Shown piece after piece: positions 12,391 to 25,569 of a stretch of 64,000 nucleotides of DNA. The first letter of the stretch is position 1. Every line of letters begins with the position of its first letter. The translations under genes were made by a program, and so were the position numbers. The stretch covers positions 595,496 through 659,495 of the forward strand of contig MNCI01002560.1 in the NCBI GenBank assembly GCA_015680685.1, given 5' to 3'. The stretch comes from Gnetum montanum (taxonomy: Eukaryota; Plantae; Gnetophyta). The notes below the pieces were generated by a model. That model had not been told where the DNA came from. It made no database searches and saw only the letters and a list, made by a program, of their open reading frames with translations.

Positions 12391-15300
12391 TATTTTGGTG
12401 CAAATGAAGTTATATCACTATTTATTTATGACTGCAAAATTAAGAATTTTCTCTTTGACCCTTAAATATATAGAAGGGTCTTTGGGGTCATATATCGTCA
12501 TGGCTTGTTCGATAGGACCTTCACCAATGAAGGTGAGTGACAACTTGGTAGATTTCTAGAAAGACATGGCTATGGTGTTGAGAATGACTTAAAAAAAAGG
12601 CTATAAAAGATAAAACTAGAAGTAAATTATAGTGAAGGAAATTCAAAAACGTTTAAAGAAAACAAAAACAACTAAAAAAAAGTAGTTAATATAATTAGTA
12701 AGTGGAGGATAAGATGGGTATAACCCTTTACCAAAAATGGAAATCTAAAAAGGTTGATGTTAAGCATCCTCTATGTTAACCTTTTAACTACCTTTACATT
12801 GGGTATGTAAAGGGGGAATGAAGGACAATGAGACTATGGAAATCTCACACCTTCTTATTTCAACATTGGAGAGGGTAGGCTAAAAATCCAAAGTAGAAAG
12901 TTGTTTCTTTTCCACTAGAATTAGTTTTAGTAGGCTACCAATTTTCTCAGCTTAGAAAAATGGGGGAAAAGCTATCTTCTAGAAGTTTGGTAATTTCTAG
13001 AAGAACTACACCACTAACTTTAGAAATTGAAAAAAAATGGCAGTAAAAGAAATCAAGGATGATAATCTTTCAATGCTATCTTTTGGGCTGAAAAAATTAT
13101 TTGCAAGTGCTATGAAAAGTCAGCACCCAATTACCTACAATCTATGTTGTAGTTTTGGTCATTAGGGGGAAGGGACAATATTGATCTTTTAGGAGTTCTA
13201 GGTCAAAAAATATGGAAAAAGTCTTTCAATTTGCTAGGTTGGCTTTGGGGAAGTTGGTATTAAGCCTCTTCCATGCTAGCCTTCGCAATTGCTTCTATGT
13301 TAAGTATGGAAGGGGGAAGAAAATGTGGGGGGTGAGATAATGGACCTCACACCTTCTGAACCAACGTTGATACGGAGGAAAAGGCTGAAAAATCAAGGTG
13401 GAAAGTTGGCATTTCCCAATAAGAACTTAGATTTGGCAGGTTGCCAATTTTCTTAGCTTGGAAAAATGGAGGAAATCTAAATTCTAAAAGTTTGGTAATT
13501 TTCGAAGGATTGTACCACCCACTTTGGAAGCTAGAAAAATTGGGAGCAAAAAGAAAAATGGAAAAAAGGTTTCAATTTTGGTATTTTGGCAAAAAAACCA
13601 TTTCAATTGTTGTTGTGAAAAGCCATCGTCCAACCACCTACAACTTCCATGTTGCAATTTTTACCATTGGGGGGGAGGGAGGACCAGTGTTGGTTCTTTA
13701 AAGTCTTGGCTATGGGAAATCAAAGTAAAGCTTTTAAATTGAAAAATTGGCAATGGAGAAGAACAAATTTGGTCATAGACTTTGGATGAAGGTCATCCTT
13801 CTATTACTAAGAAAAACTGTTGTGATCAAAAAATTTGATCATTGAAAAAAATTGAAGAAGATCCAATGCATAGTAGTTCCTCAAGACCCAAATTCGTATG
13901 GCCTTCATGAAAAATTGGGATCTAAGGTGCCTTGGCTACTCTAGTAAATCAATCAAGGACTTTGGAGTTTTAAAAAATAGTGAAATGAAATTGAATGCAA
14001 AAACTAAAAATAGATCTGAATAATGAATAGAAAATAAACAAATATAACTTGCAAAAAAAAACACAAAACATAAAACTTTATTGAGAAAAAATAAAGAATA
14101 AGTCAAAGAAATGTATACAAATGGTGCCTAAGTGGATAGCAAGGAAGTTCACTTAGATAGGAGTTCAGGGTTCATTAAAGACAATGTAGTCAATGCCACG
14201 ATCTAGATGTCTTACCACTCTCGATACTATCGTACCTAAAGTGCTAAAATCTTATATTTTCAATGTTGGTTACTACTGGGAGGGGACATGAGAAAAGTGG
14301 AAATATAGTGGCCATTATGCTCCATGCTAGGGGTTGGTAATCTAAGAAATGTAGCATTGACACCCAAAATCCACAAGTCTCAAGGCTATAATGCTTCCAT
14401 GTTGGGGTTCAAGAGAATGCAAGCATGGGAGATTGCAAGAACTCTTGAGTGCTTGAGAAAGCCCCAATGTGAAATTGTACAAAATTTTATTTTAAGTTGT
14501 AAATTGAAAATATTTTCTTGTGTAAAAATTTCTAAACTTTTAAATGGTCTTTGAGGTTAGTTTTTATAGGGCTTGGGCCATGAATGGGGTTGCAAAATTA
14601 CTATGATTTGGCTATAAAATGGCTACAAATTGGTTGCTAATTTCAACCTCATTTAGGTGAGATGGATGCCCAAATTTGAGGGGTTACAATACATATTAAG
14701 TGCCTCCCATCATGCTTATACCATTTACTATAAATAGTAACTAGAGGACACCTTTTACATTGGAGGTGAATCTTCCATGCTGAGCTCTAAACTATGCTTG
14801 TTGAAGTGGCTAGTCAATATAGAAGTGCATGAAGTCATGAATTTTGGCTTTTGTGGATTCCACACTAGGGGATGCTATTTTCAATGCTGGATGTGAAGAC
14901 TCCATGCTATGGGGAAACTTCCACACTAAGGGGGAAAGGTTTCTTGCCTGTGCATTTAGTCTCCACACTAAGGAAAGAAAGTTTCCAAAACCCCCATCCT
15001 TCCATGCTAGGGGTAGGTGAGATTTACTACCTTGCATGTGTTTCCAATGTAGAAAAGTGGATACAACCCATAAAATCCATTAAATTACCTTTTTTTGCAT
15101 TCCAAAAGGCATTTTCGACCCCCCCACACAAACCCAAATATAGATACTAGGTGACTCTTTTTACTTGAGAAATGATGCTTTGACCACTTATGAGGCAATT
15201 TTTAGCCCCAAAAGTATAAAGTATTTGAAATTTCCCACTGTGGATTACAATCTTCACATTTTTAATGAATTTTTGCCTTAGGTTTTATGGGGTGAAAGCT

Positions 15301-15430
15301 ACATGATGAATATTGGCTATAACATGCAAATTTTTGTGGTTTTTCAATCGTAATTAGAGGGTATGTATACCTTCCCATTTCTATAGATGATCTTAAATTG
15401 ATATTTAGACTTAGATTTTGAATGTGGGAT
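12390..15430 (-). mobile_element. Ogre/Tat-like 5' leader and LTR
   Basis: Lies upstream of the gag above. 13900-13970 resembles the Ogre LTR end at 4520-4590. TCCA(T/C)(G/A)CTAGGGG-like motif repeats at 14320-15010. Confidence 0.5.
12750..13760. repeat. Diverged ~500-bp tandem duplication in the Ogre leader
   Basis: 12750-13250 aligns with 13250-13760 (CTCACACCTTCT, CCAATTTTCTyAGCTT, AAGTTTGGTAATTT anchors). Confidence 0.75.
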
Positions 15431-15432
15431 TA

Positions 15433-18400
15433 GGAGACCTACTTAAATTTTACTATAAATAAAATTATAATATTTTTGTTAATAATAGTGAATTCTAGTT
15501 CTTATTTCCTCCATCTAAGTGATTTCCTATATTTTATAACCATTGGATCCTTAGGATCATATATGTAGATAACTTCTTGGTTGAAGGCCATGTGTATTAT
15601 GTCATGTGGAAAAACAGTGGAATGACAACAAGGCACAAAAAGTGTTAGATGCAATGACTATCAAGTATGGTAGAGGCTTTTATTATTTTAGTTTAAGTAA
15701 TTTTTTAATTTTTTGGCTTCTTAATGTTTTAGGTAGGTTGTAAATTTTGTAGCATATGAAACTTAAAGCTTATGGAAGTAGCTTGTTGAAGCTTCATAGT
15801 GTACAAAAGTTGCAACTTATGAAACTGCAACTATAATGGTAAAAAATAGAAAAACATTTTTAGAAAAAATTTCTAGTGTATCTAGTGAAGTTTATAAAAA
15901 GTGTAAATAAGTTGCAGTATACATGAAGATAACTAAGAAAATTTGTAGATTTGCAAGTGCAAAAGTCAACACAAATTACAACTATTAAGAACTTTTAGAG
16001 TTACAAAGTATGAAACAAAAGCATCACTATGAATTGCACTATAAATACACCTTATGATAATAATTTTTTGTTTCATCAATTGCACCAAGAAGAAAAGGGG
16101 AAAATAGATGGAAAATTTAGATATGGGTTTTGATGAATAATTTATGTGGAGGTCCTCCTAGCATCAAAAAATTATAGTGCTTGAAAAATTTAGTGCTAAA
16201 TATCGAAAAATTTAGATCAGAAATAGCTTTAACTTTGGATCCATAGGCCTCACAAAAGGATCTAAGCATCCTTGACAGTCTTATTGATCACCCAAGAACA
16301 TATAAATCCATTACTGATGTATATGAAAATTTAGTGCATATGAAAATGTAGTCGATGCTATAGATTAGAGTGTAGAAAAATGCAAAGAAAAAATGTGGAA
16401 AATGAATGAAACTACAAACTTGTATTAAAATCATAGGAAATTTTTAGAAATAACAATTTAAAAAATACAAGTTACAAGTTTCAAATGCCCAAAAACTTTG
16501 AACAAGTGTATGGAATTTGATGTAGACATCAAGATGTATTCTACAATTAGACCTACCTTAGAATGACCCAAATGATTTACTTGGAATTTATTTGCCACCA
16601 ATTTTTCTATAACTTTGATCTATGCTAGGTAATAATGGTTGTTAACCTTTAGAAATATGCATTTCTTTGAAAGTCTCAAGTTCAACTGAATTCAAATTTT
16701 GCCAAAAGTCCTCAAAATGAAATAAATCTTTGTTTAAATAAGTGTTGGATCCATGATTTGTTGCCATTAATTCTACCATGATTGCTAACAAATTTTTGGT
16801 ACATTTTGTTGCACCTGGAACACCTCCATGTAGTGTATAAACAATTTTATCTAAATTTTTGCTTTTTGTACATTGCTTTGTATGCTACCCAACATAGAAA
16901 ATTTCCATACCCAGTATATGGAATTAAAACCAAAAACTTTTACATTCTCTCTATAGGTTTTCCAATGCACAAAACTATAATGCTCATTGTACAAGGTTAA
17001 GATATCAAATTTTGTAGTGTTTGAAGCACTTTTAACCCCCTCAAGCTAGAATACATGGATTTTACAACTTCCACAAGCTAGGATGTATGAGATTTATAGT
17101 GTATGGACTACACATCTAATATTTTAAATTAAAAAATTACCTTAAATTCCACTAATATTGGTTCATAATGTAAGATTTTGGGAAAAATATGGCAAATGTT
17201 GTTGCCTTTATTATTTCACCAAATTACAAAGAATTTTGGCTATGGGGTATAACATGATTTTTCTTTGGGATGTATAACATGTGTTTGATTGCATCCGAGC
17301 CACCTAAGAGACTACTTACACTCCATTATAGATGGGGTTTTCAGGTTATAAATACAAGCAGAATCCTAGTTGAAGGCCATATCAATAATGTTTTGAGGTA
17401 GGATGGTCAGTACAAAAGTAATAAATAATGTGAAATTGAGGGATCGAGCTGATGTGACAAAGGTTTTAACAATGTAAATGAAGATTATATGCACCATGAA
17501 CATTGCAACAACATGAATGAGTTGTAGTGTAAAGGTAATAGTAGGGTAAATGAAACATGTAGTCAAAATGTAAAATTCAGAAAATAGAAAAAATAAAATA
17601 AATTGAAAATTAAAAGGATAATTTTTAGTAAATGTAGAGAGATCAACTAGTTACAACATTTTTAACATAGCATTTTTTAGGAAATTTTGGGAATTTAGAG
17701 GAAATAGAAGCAAAGTTTGAGGAATTAGAAAACTCAAGGTTAGTGTATTTGTAGGATTTTCATTACATGAGAGAAGTTTATAGCTAAGAGAAAAATTTTG
17801 GTGAAGGAAAACAAGGAGCAAAAATTTTGGTGCTAAAACGCACCCAAAAACAACTCCTTCATGTTGAATACACGGGCATAGACGAGTTGAAATAAGCAAA
17901 CAATGGTTATTCTTGTGTTTAGGAAAGAAAGTAGGTAGAGGCCCTTCTTTAGCACCAGAAAACTATAATGATAGAAAAATTCAATATTAGATACCAAAGA
18001 TCTCCATGAAGAATAGTTGTAGCTCAAGATCCATGGGTTTCAAAAGGATCTAAGGCATCTTAGGAAGTCTTGTGAATCACCTAAGGACTTAATAGGTCTA
18101 TTACTTGAAAGAAAATTATAGATAGTGTGTGAATAATAGATTTAACATTGGATTCATAAGTAAATTAAGAGAGAATATAACTGATACAAGAAAATGTGAC
18201 TTAAATACAAAAAAAATTGTATTAATCTTATGAAAAATACAAGATGAGAAAGAATAGATCTGAATGCATGAATAACTTTCAAAGTATAGAACTATGAATG
18301 TTCCAAGAATACCCTTGAAAGTGTTGTTGGAAAAATCATGTATAGGTAGGGAGGGTATGTTCTTTAGTTTACTTTACCACATCTAGCTTGGCTGATCTAT

Positions 18401-21400
18401 GGACAACAATAGGTTCTTAGTGCTCTCAATGATTAACACTCGAATGAAATTACTCCAAGCTCTAGGATCTATCTCTAGTTCAAAAGTCTCAAGTTTGGAA
18501 TAGTTTTGATTGTATTAAAGTCCCCAAAAGTGCGATAAATTCTTGGTTTTATAGCCTATGATTTGTTGTTTGTCTAATGACTTGGTTCTAGCAAGTTTCA
18601 TGGATGTTTGCACAATGTTTTTGACCATTCATATTAGCCAAAAACTACAACATTTTTCATATTTATGCTAAGACTAATAAGTGCAATGTTTTTAGCATTT
18701 CATGCTAAAATTGGAAGCATTTTTGATAAGATGAACTCCATTACTTTGGTTTGATATAATCCACAATATTTTTGACACTTTGTGTCATTAATTAACCTAT
18801 ACATATTAAGAATGCCTTGGAATCTTGATAAAAAAGGATTACAAGATGAATTTTTTGAACGAACATTGAAGCATTTGTTTTGCTTTTGAATCTAATAAAA
18901 ATTACAATTAAAATTTGGCCACAAGGCTTCCCTATTTAGAACTAAATTCTCTTTGAGGTGTTCTAACTACATTCTTACTTGGATTAGAGGTAGATTTATC
19001 ATGTATGATTTAGTGAAAAATGAGACATATGATTGTTGATGTTAGGTAGTTATAACTAAGAGATATAAAAATATGAAAACTAATTACTTAAATAATTTAA
19101 CTAATAACAAGAAAATAAAATCTAAATTATCATAACAATAATAGGTATTCATTTTTAGCTTAATGTACACATTTTAAACTGACATATCCATTACTAGGAT
19201 TACCATGTGTTATGCTATTGTGTGAACCAAGTAATACTACTACTAAGATTACAAAAAAATATGTGTTTATGCTCAAAATTGGGCATGCTCATTCCACCAA
19301 TTGATTAATATGCATAAAAATGTAAATATTAACTAAATACATGGAAAGTAAATTCCACTCATAAAAAATCTATTCTAAGTCAAATTGTTACAATGAATAT
19401 GATTCAACCTCAATCTTATTATCTTTCATGAAATGTGTCTAGGTAAAATGATACTTAAATAAGACATCATATATTTAAATCAAATCCATGCTACTAGCAC
19501 TTACTGAATATTTACAAAGATTATGAAAGAAAACTTTCAGTGTTTGGCTACACTACTAACGAAATGGTGCCAAATATGTGGTAGGTGTTTACATATATAT
19601 AGGAAAATAAATAGACTATGTTGATGCACATCTATTAATGCATTTAGCTACATCAACAAGGCTATGTTTATGTAGCTAAGTTATAGTAAAGCAATGTAGT
19701 AGCTACGATATAGTAGATGTGATGTAGAATCTACTAGTAGAAAATTAAAATGTGTCAGTAGGAATGCATTGATGTAGATGCAATGTAGCATCTACAAATA
19801 TAGCATATGAATATCACAAATTATTTATATAATTAATAAAATGATGCCTCATCATACTTCCACAACTTACTAAAAACATTTTCCTAAGTTATGTATCAAT
19901 GGACAAAGTTCCATTACAAATATTATAAGATGACCAAAGCTAGATTGTCTACCATTATAAAACTTGAGTGTCACATTAAAAAAATTTATTTTAGTAAATA
20001 TACTAAAATACTATAAAAATAATTGATAGAAATAAATGTTTACAAAATTAAAGAAGTCCTTAGAAATCTTTTGATGATGAATCTTCAGGTTATTGCTAGA
20101 AGTGGTAGTTTTTCTAACCTCAATTGTTATGTTGGCTCTTCTCTTTTTATGAAAAAATTTATGAAGGATGAACTAAAATTTAATTTTATTAACCCATGAT
20201 TTTCTAGGCTTCAAACATGAGATTTTTATTCTTTAATTCCTGTATCTACTATTTTTCCATAGGCATGTCCTCCTCTAGGCCTCTTTTCCTTGCAAAAGAT
20301 GTTAAGCATTAAGCATTCCTTTTGGCATCATCTATAATCACCAAAGGATCAATATTGGTTTTGGTAATTTTTACTTAGTAATTAATACTTTTAGAATCCA
20401 TTTCTAGCTTAAAATTTTAAAAAATTTAACATTTAGGCAAAAGTTGATTATGAGATCATGTCCCAAGAGTTTAAGATAATTAAAATCATTAAGTTTTTAA
20501 AATTATTTGAATTATTTTTACTATTAGTTACCATATTATTAAAAAATGGGGTGTTAGAAAAAATTTCAAAAATCATATCCTTATCCCCCATGAAAAATGC
20601 ACTCAACTCTAGAATCTCACAAGTTTTAAAACAACTAAAATAATAGGCCTAGTTCATAAGATATTGCAAATGCACTAGAATATTGAAAATCATGAAGTTT
20701 TAAAATTGCTAAAAACTATTGAACTCAAAGGAACTTTAATATAAAAAAATTGAAAATTAATTGAAATTGATAAAAAATAGTTTCAAAATCATGCATAAAT
20801 TTAGATAATATTCCCATGATATCCTTGAATATTTTAGGTTGATTCAAAGTCATGATCAACAAAAGTTATGCAAGTGGGTCTTTCCCAAAGCAGGCTTCTA
20901 CAATAATGCCCGTGTATAACTACTTTCATAGATGTCTAATAAATAGCAAGTATTCCCTACACCCAACTATATGAATTAGTATCATGTATAGGCAATCTAG
21001 TTGAATTCCATGAACTTTATTTACATAAGTGATGGATATTCCTAGACATTGAATTATGTAGTTGCTAGTTGTTGTCTTTCCAATTCACTCTTATGTTAAT
21101 CAATGTGTATGGTTAAGAGTGGTTGAGGTAGAAGATATTATTTTTATTCTTTTTATTATTTTCTTCACTTTCTAAATGATTGAGTAAATAAATTTTTAAT
21201 ATTTTAATTAATTAATTAATTAACTACTGAATTAGAGAACAAGCTTAATATAGAGTATTTATTCCCACTCTATGTACATTCCTTGAATGTATATTAATGT
21301 TGTTGGGTTACCAATCATATACTATTGGGTATACCAAGTATCTACTAGTAGGATTACCAAGCATTAATATATTTTACTCAATGTTTTCATAATCATATTG

Positions 21401-22600
21401 CTTATGAATGATAATATTAATTTCTTAATAACAAGAAAGTAACTTGACTGTAATGTAAATTATTGAAAAATAGGTTTATGTTGCTCCAAGTGCTACAATG
21501 GATAGAATACATCTTGATTTTAGTTATGCTTATTCACATATGTCTAGGTACATATGCACTTAAAAAATGTAGTATAATGACTTGAATCTATGTTGTGGGC
21601 ACATAAAGGGCAAATATTCTAACTTCTATGGCATGAAACTACAAGAGCTTGGATAAGGAAATGACCATAAGGTACCATAAATGAGAGGGATGTGTGCATG
21701 TATATAGGTAATACTTGCATCAGAATTGATGTACCTATATAAATGCATCCTAGGATATGTTGATTAGGTTGTGTTGACATAGCTTGTCTTTTTAATGTTT
21801 CCTCATACCCTCATGATTGACTAAAGACTCATCCATGAATAAACAAAAACAAGAGTGAGCTTCGTATGGAATTTGGAAAAGTATGAAATTTTATTAACTA
21901 ACTAACTAACTAATCAATTGACTCTGACTAACTCTAACTACAATACAATATAGATTACAAAAATTGATGCAATTTAAAACAAAAATTAGTAGGATACTTT
22001 TGAATGGATAGAGGTGCGAGGAAGTCTTCTCATAGCACTTGGAGTTAAAGGCTTCTATGGCCCTCATGGTTCTTCATCATGTCTTGGTGGTAGTTAGGTT
22101 GAGGCTACTATACTACTGCCATCATTGCTACTAAAAATGTAAAGCCATCTACGAGTGCCTTTATTTTCTTATCCTTTGTTCATGGATCGTATATGCTATA
22201 GGGTACTTTGCCTAGATTAGCTAGTGTAGATATGTTTCATGGACATGATAATGAAAGAAGCATCTCCTACATGTTGACAAACTAGGCTGCAATGTTTTAT
22301 GTACAACATCAAATGTCTTGATAAGGATCTACAACTCCATGTAGTCATTCATTCTCGTTACTAGCTTTTCAATAAAAATTCTTTGATTTGTGAACCTTAT
22401 TTTGATAACATCAAGCTCCATGTCAATTATCTCCAACTTTTATTTCTTATATTTGTAAAGCCTAAACTCTACCTCATATAGAAGGTAGGAGCGAGCAACT
22501 TGCTTCTCCAATTTGCTTCTTGGCCTTCATATTGTTAGCATTACTAGGTTTGCATAGCAAAGTTGGTGAGCTTCATGTACTTAGTCATCTCTTAAATATG
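15433..22600. repeat. Copy 2 of the segmental duplication
   Basis: Colinear with 2022-10005. Has an extra ~570 bp (16200-16770) and lacks the 3214-3687 insert. Confidence 0.85.
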
Positions 22601-24762
22601 TAACTATGTCATCGATCTTCTTCATCAAGAGATATTAAAATAGATTTCTACATCTCTATGTTGATTAGGCTATCTCAATTGTAGTTCTTTGGTAAAGGTC
22701 ATGGATCTTCTTCATCAAGAGATATTTATTTTTAATGGTTAACCTTCTTAAATCTAATTTTATATTGGTAAGGTTCTCTTGCTATTGGTGGATACATATG
22801 ACCATTTCTTCCTTCTATTACTTAGTAATTCCTAGGAGATGATTATCTCTAATAAGGATCAAGATTTCTTGGTGAAACTTTATAGGTCCTTGTTAGTGTT
22901 ATTTAACATGGCTTCTGACATGGATGTATCAAAGATCATCATATTCTTGGCATTCTTAACCTCCTAATACTTATATTGAAGCTATTGGAAAGCTTCATCT
23001 CATATTAGCTCATGCTAAAGAATGACAACATTAGAGAGACAAGGTTGCAATTTTGCAATCTCAATGACCAACCATGGATTAGTCATGGTGGCCTTCTCAA
23101 GTTATGCATTGGCTACTAGCAACTTATCCATTATGTTTAAAAGCTACAACTAGTTGGCTTTGATATCATTGAGAAGATTAAAGATCTCTGGAGTAGTTAC
23201 CAAGCTCCCACTAGTTGTTCCAACACTTTTTTGTGTTAAGTAGCAGTCATTTAGCCACTCCATGCTCTTATTAATGCATGTATGTCTTCCATGAAAGTAA
23301 TGTCTAGTATAAATGTAGCAAGAGAATTTAGGGATTTAAAACCTTTATTTACCATCACCTTTGATATTATCTCCTAGACCTTATGTGAAATGATGAGGAC
23401 TATCATCCTTTCTCCTTCCTTTAACATGATAGAGAAGGTTGTTTTATTCTCTAAAATTTTAGGAAATGCTTACATGGGAATGGATACAATGATCTCTTTA
23501 GCACTTGGATTAGATTTGGCAAGTTCCTAGTTTCATTGTACAAAGAATAGTACTATTGTGTCACTATCTATATAGCTAATAATCCTTGCAATCTCAATTA
23601 GGTGACTCACGGATGTATGATTGATGAACACTTCCAAACCACCTCTAGATCATTGTTGTTATTGTAGCTATTGCTTCCAAATTTTTTTGAAATACTCAGT
23701 AGCTACAAGCATCTCCTATGTTATTTTTGGAACTGCAGGTCGTGGTGGTGATGGCTACTCCTCATCTTGAAGCTGATCATAAGCCTTCTCTTTCATCATC
23801 TTCTATGATGAGTTGGTAGGAGAACTATGGGCCATATTATTAGAGTATCAGGATATTTCTTCCCTTTTGTATAATTTTCTAATTAATTATGGAAAGAAGA
23901 ATGTCTTCCTACCATTCTCATTTTTCTTAAAATACTTTTCAATTTCAAGGGAGATGAGCTAGGGTAGGTTGATAAAGAAATTTCTACTTATAGCTCTAGA
24001 TGTCCTAGTAGAGAAGACTATCATGTTACTTAGCCTCACCATTAGGTTCAGCTAATAGGCTTCCATCTTAAAGTATGTTCTTTCTGCATTCATTAGGACA
24101 CCAAACTTCTTAGGGTCTACTCCATAGAATCATTGAACCTATTATTTTTTTACTTTAGTATTTCCCTACATTGAGATCTCTACTAAATTTTCCCTAGTGT
24201 TAAGTGCTTTAGCAATGATTTTAATTGAGCAAGAAATGGTAATGTCCTTTATTTTGACCAATGCATCTTCTTGTCAGTTATTTCAAAATAGTTAGGTTTC
24301 CTCCATACATCATTTTGCACTATTGGAGAGAATAGGCCATAGAGGAGACCCCTTCAACTACATCCTACATTCTTTTAGTACCAACTCCAAGAAGAGTCCA
24401 ATGTTCAACTCCTACAAGATAGAACTTTGGACCTCCATAGTTCTTAGATCCTCTCTCGATAGGCTTCAGTGTGTGTGACCTCTAAGTTATGTTTTGCCAT
24501 TGGAACCTCTTCCTAACTAGATTTGTCTGTGTTTACAGTAGGAATATGCCTAGAAAATTCCAACTTAGGCTCCTCCTTAAAATGATTTGAAGAATACATA
24601 GCCTCTACTACTTGAACCTAGGATTATTGTTGCTATTATTGTTGTTAGCCCCTTCCTTCTTGGAGTTACTTCTTCTTGGGCTATGATAGCCCTCCCACTT
24701 GTAGTCCTCTCCTGGGTGTCATCTATGATCACAAACATAACCCATGATTGGCTTTTAGACAT
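22050..24762 (-). pseudogene. Decayed Athila-like extra (env-position) ORF
   Basis: Minus-strand NLP*LISLEIEKYFKKNENGRKTFFFP*LIRKLY (~23870-23975) matches NLPHLYLTEILRRFEEQKIGKMAIPFPCLIRKLC at 53832-54122. Lies between pol and the 3' LTR. Confidence 0.7.
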
Positions 24763-25569
24763 ATCCTTTATTTCCTTTGGATTTATTCCTTTGTTAGATT
24801 AGGTTATGTTAATTCCTATAACATTATGATTTTATTATTAAGTTCTTCTTTTATAAATGTAGGCTTGTGATATTACCTTATTTCAAGATAATGGAGTCTA
24901 TTGGTTGATACTAACCCTCTATGATTATTATTTTAATATTATTTTCATATTCTATCCATGAGGCATTAGAAAAATTTTGAAAATTTTTTGATTAAAAACC
25001 TAATTTTTGAGGTTCCCATAATGTATAGTATAACTTCGATATCTTGAGCGTCAAAAAATGGATGAAATTAGGTAAGTGGTTTGAAATTTATCATGCTCAA
25101 AAGGTTCTTTGGCTTCCAAATATGATAAAAAATCATCTAGAACTTTGGAAAAATGATGAAAAATAAGCTAATTATCATGCATATTTACTTGATTTTTACC
25201 TAGCATCAATGGGGATGCATTGATGGGGTTGTATGGACTCATTCCATTGCATTGTAAAAATATTCTTAGCTGGATTTTTCACATGAAATTGAAGGAATTT
25301 TAGGTGAGTTTGGGAATGAGAAAAGAGCTAAATGGAAGATAAAAAGATGTAGAATAATGACAAAAACATGAAAGAGGTTATGTTTGATGAATTAGAAGCA
25401 ATTAGAATGTACATGATGACTTCCTTTTAAATGTTATGATGTCAAATCAAGAAAAGTTGGATGCTATAATGCTATCAAGATGATTGATCACATAAGAGGC
25501 CAATGGTTATGGATTTTAACTTAAGGTAGATGAAAGGATTGTAAGTGGCTTCTTCCTAAAGCAGACGTA

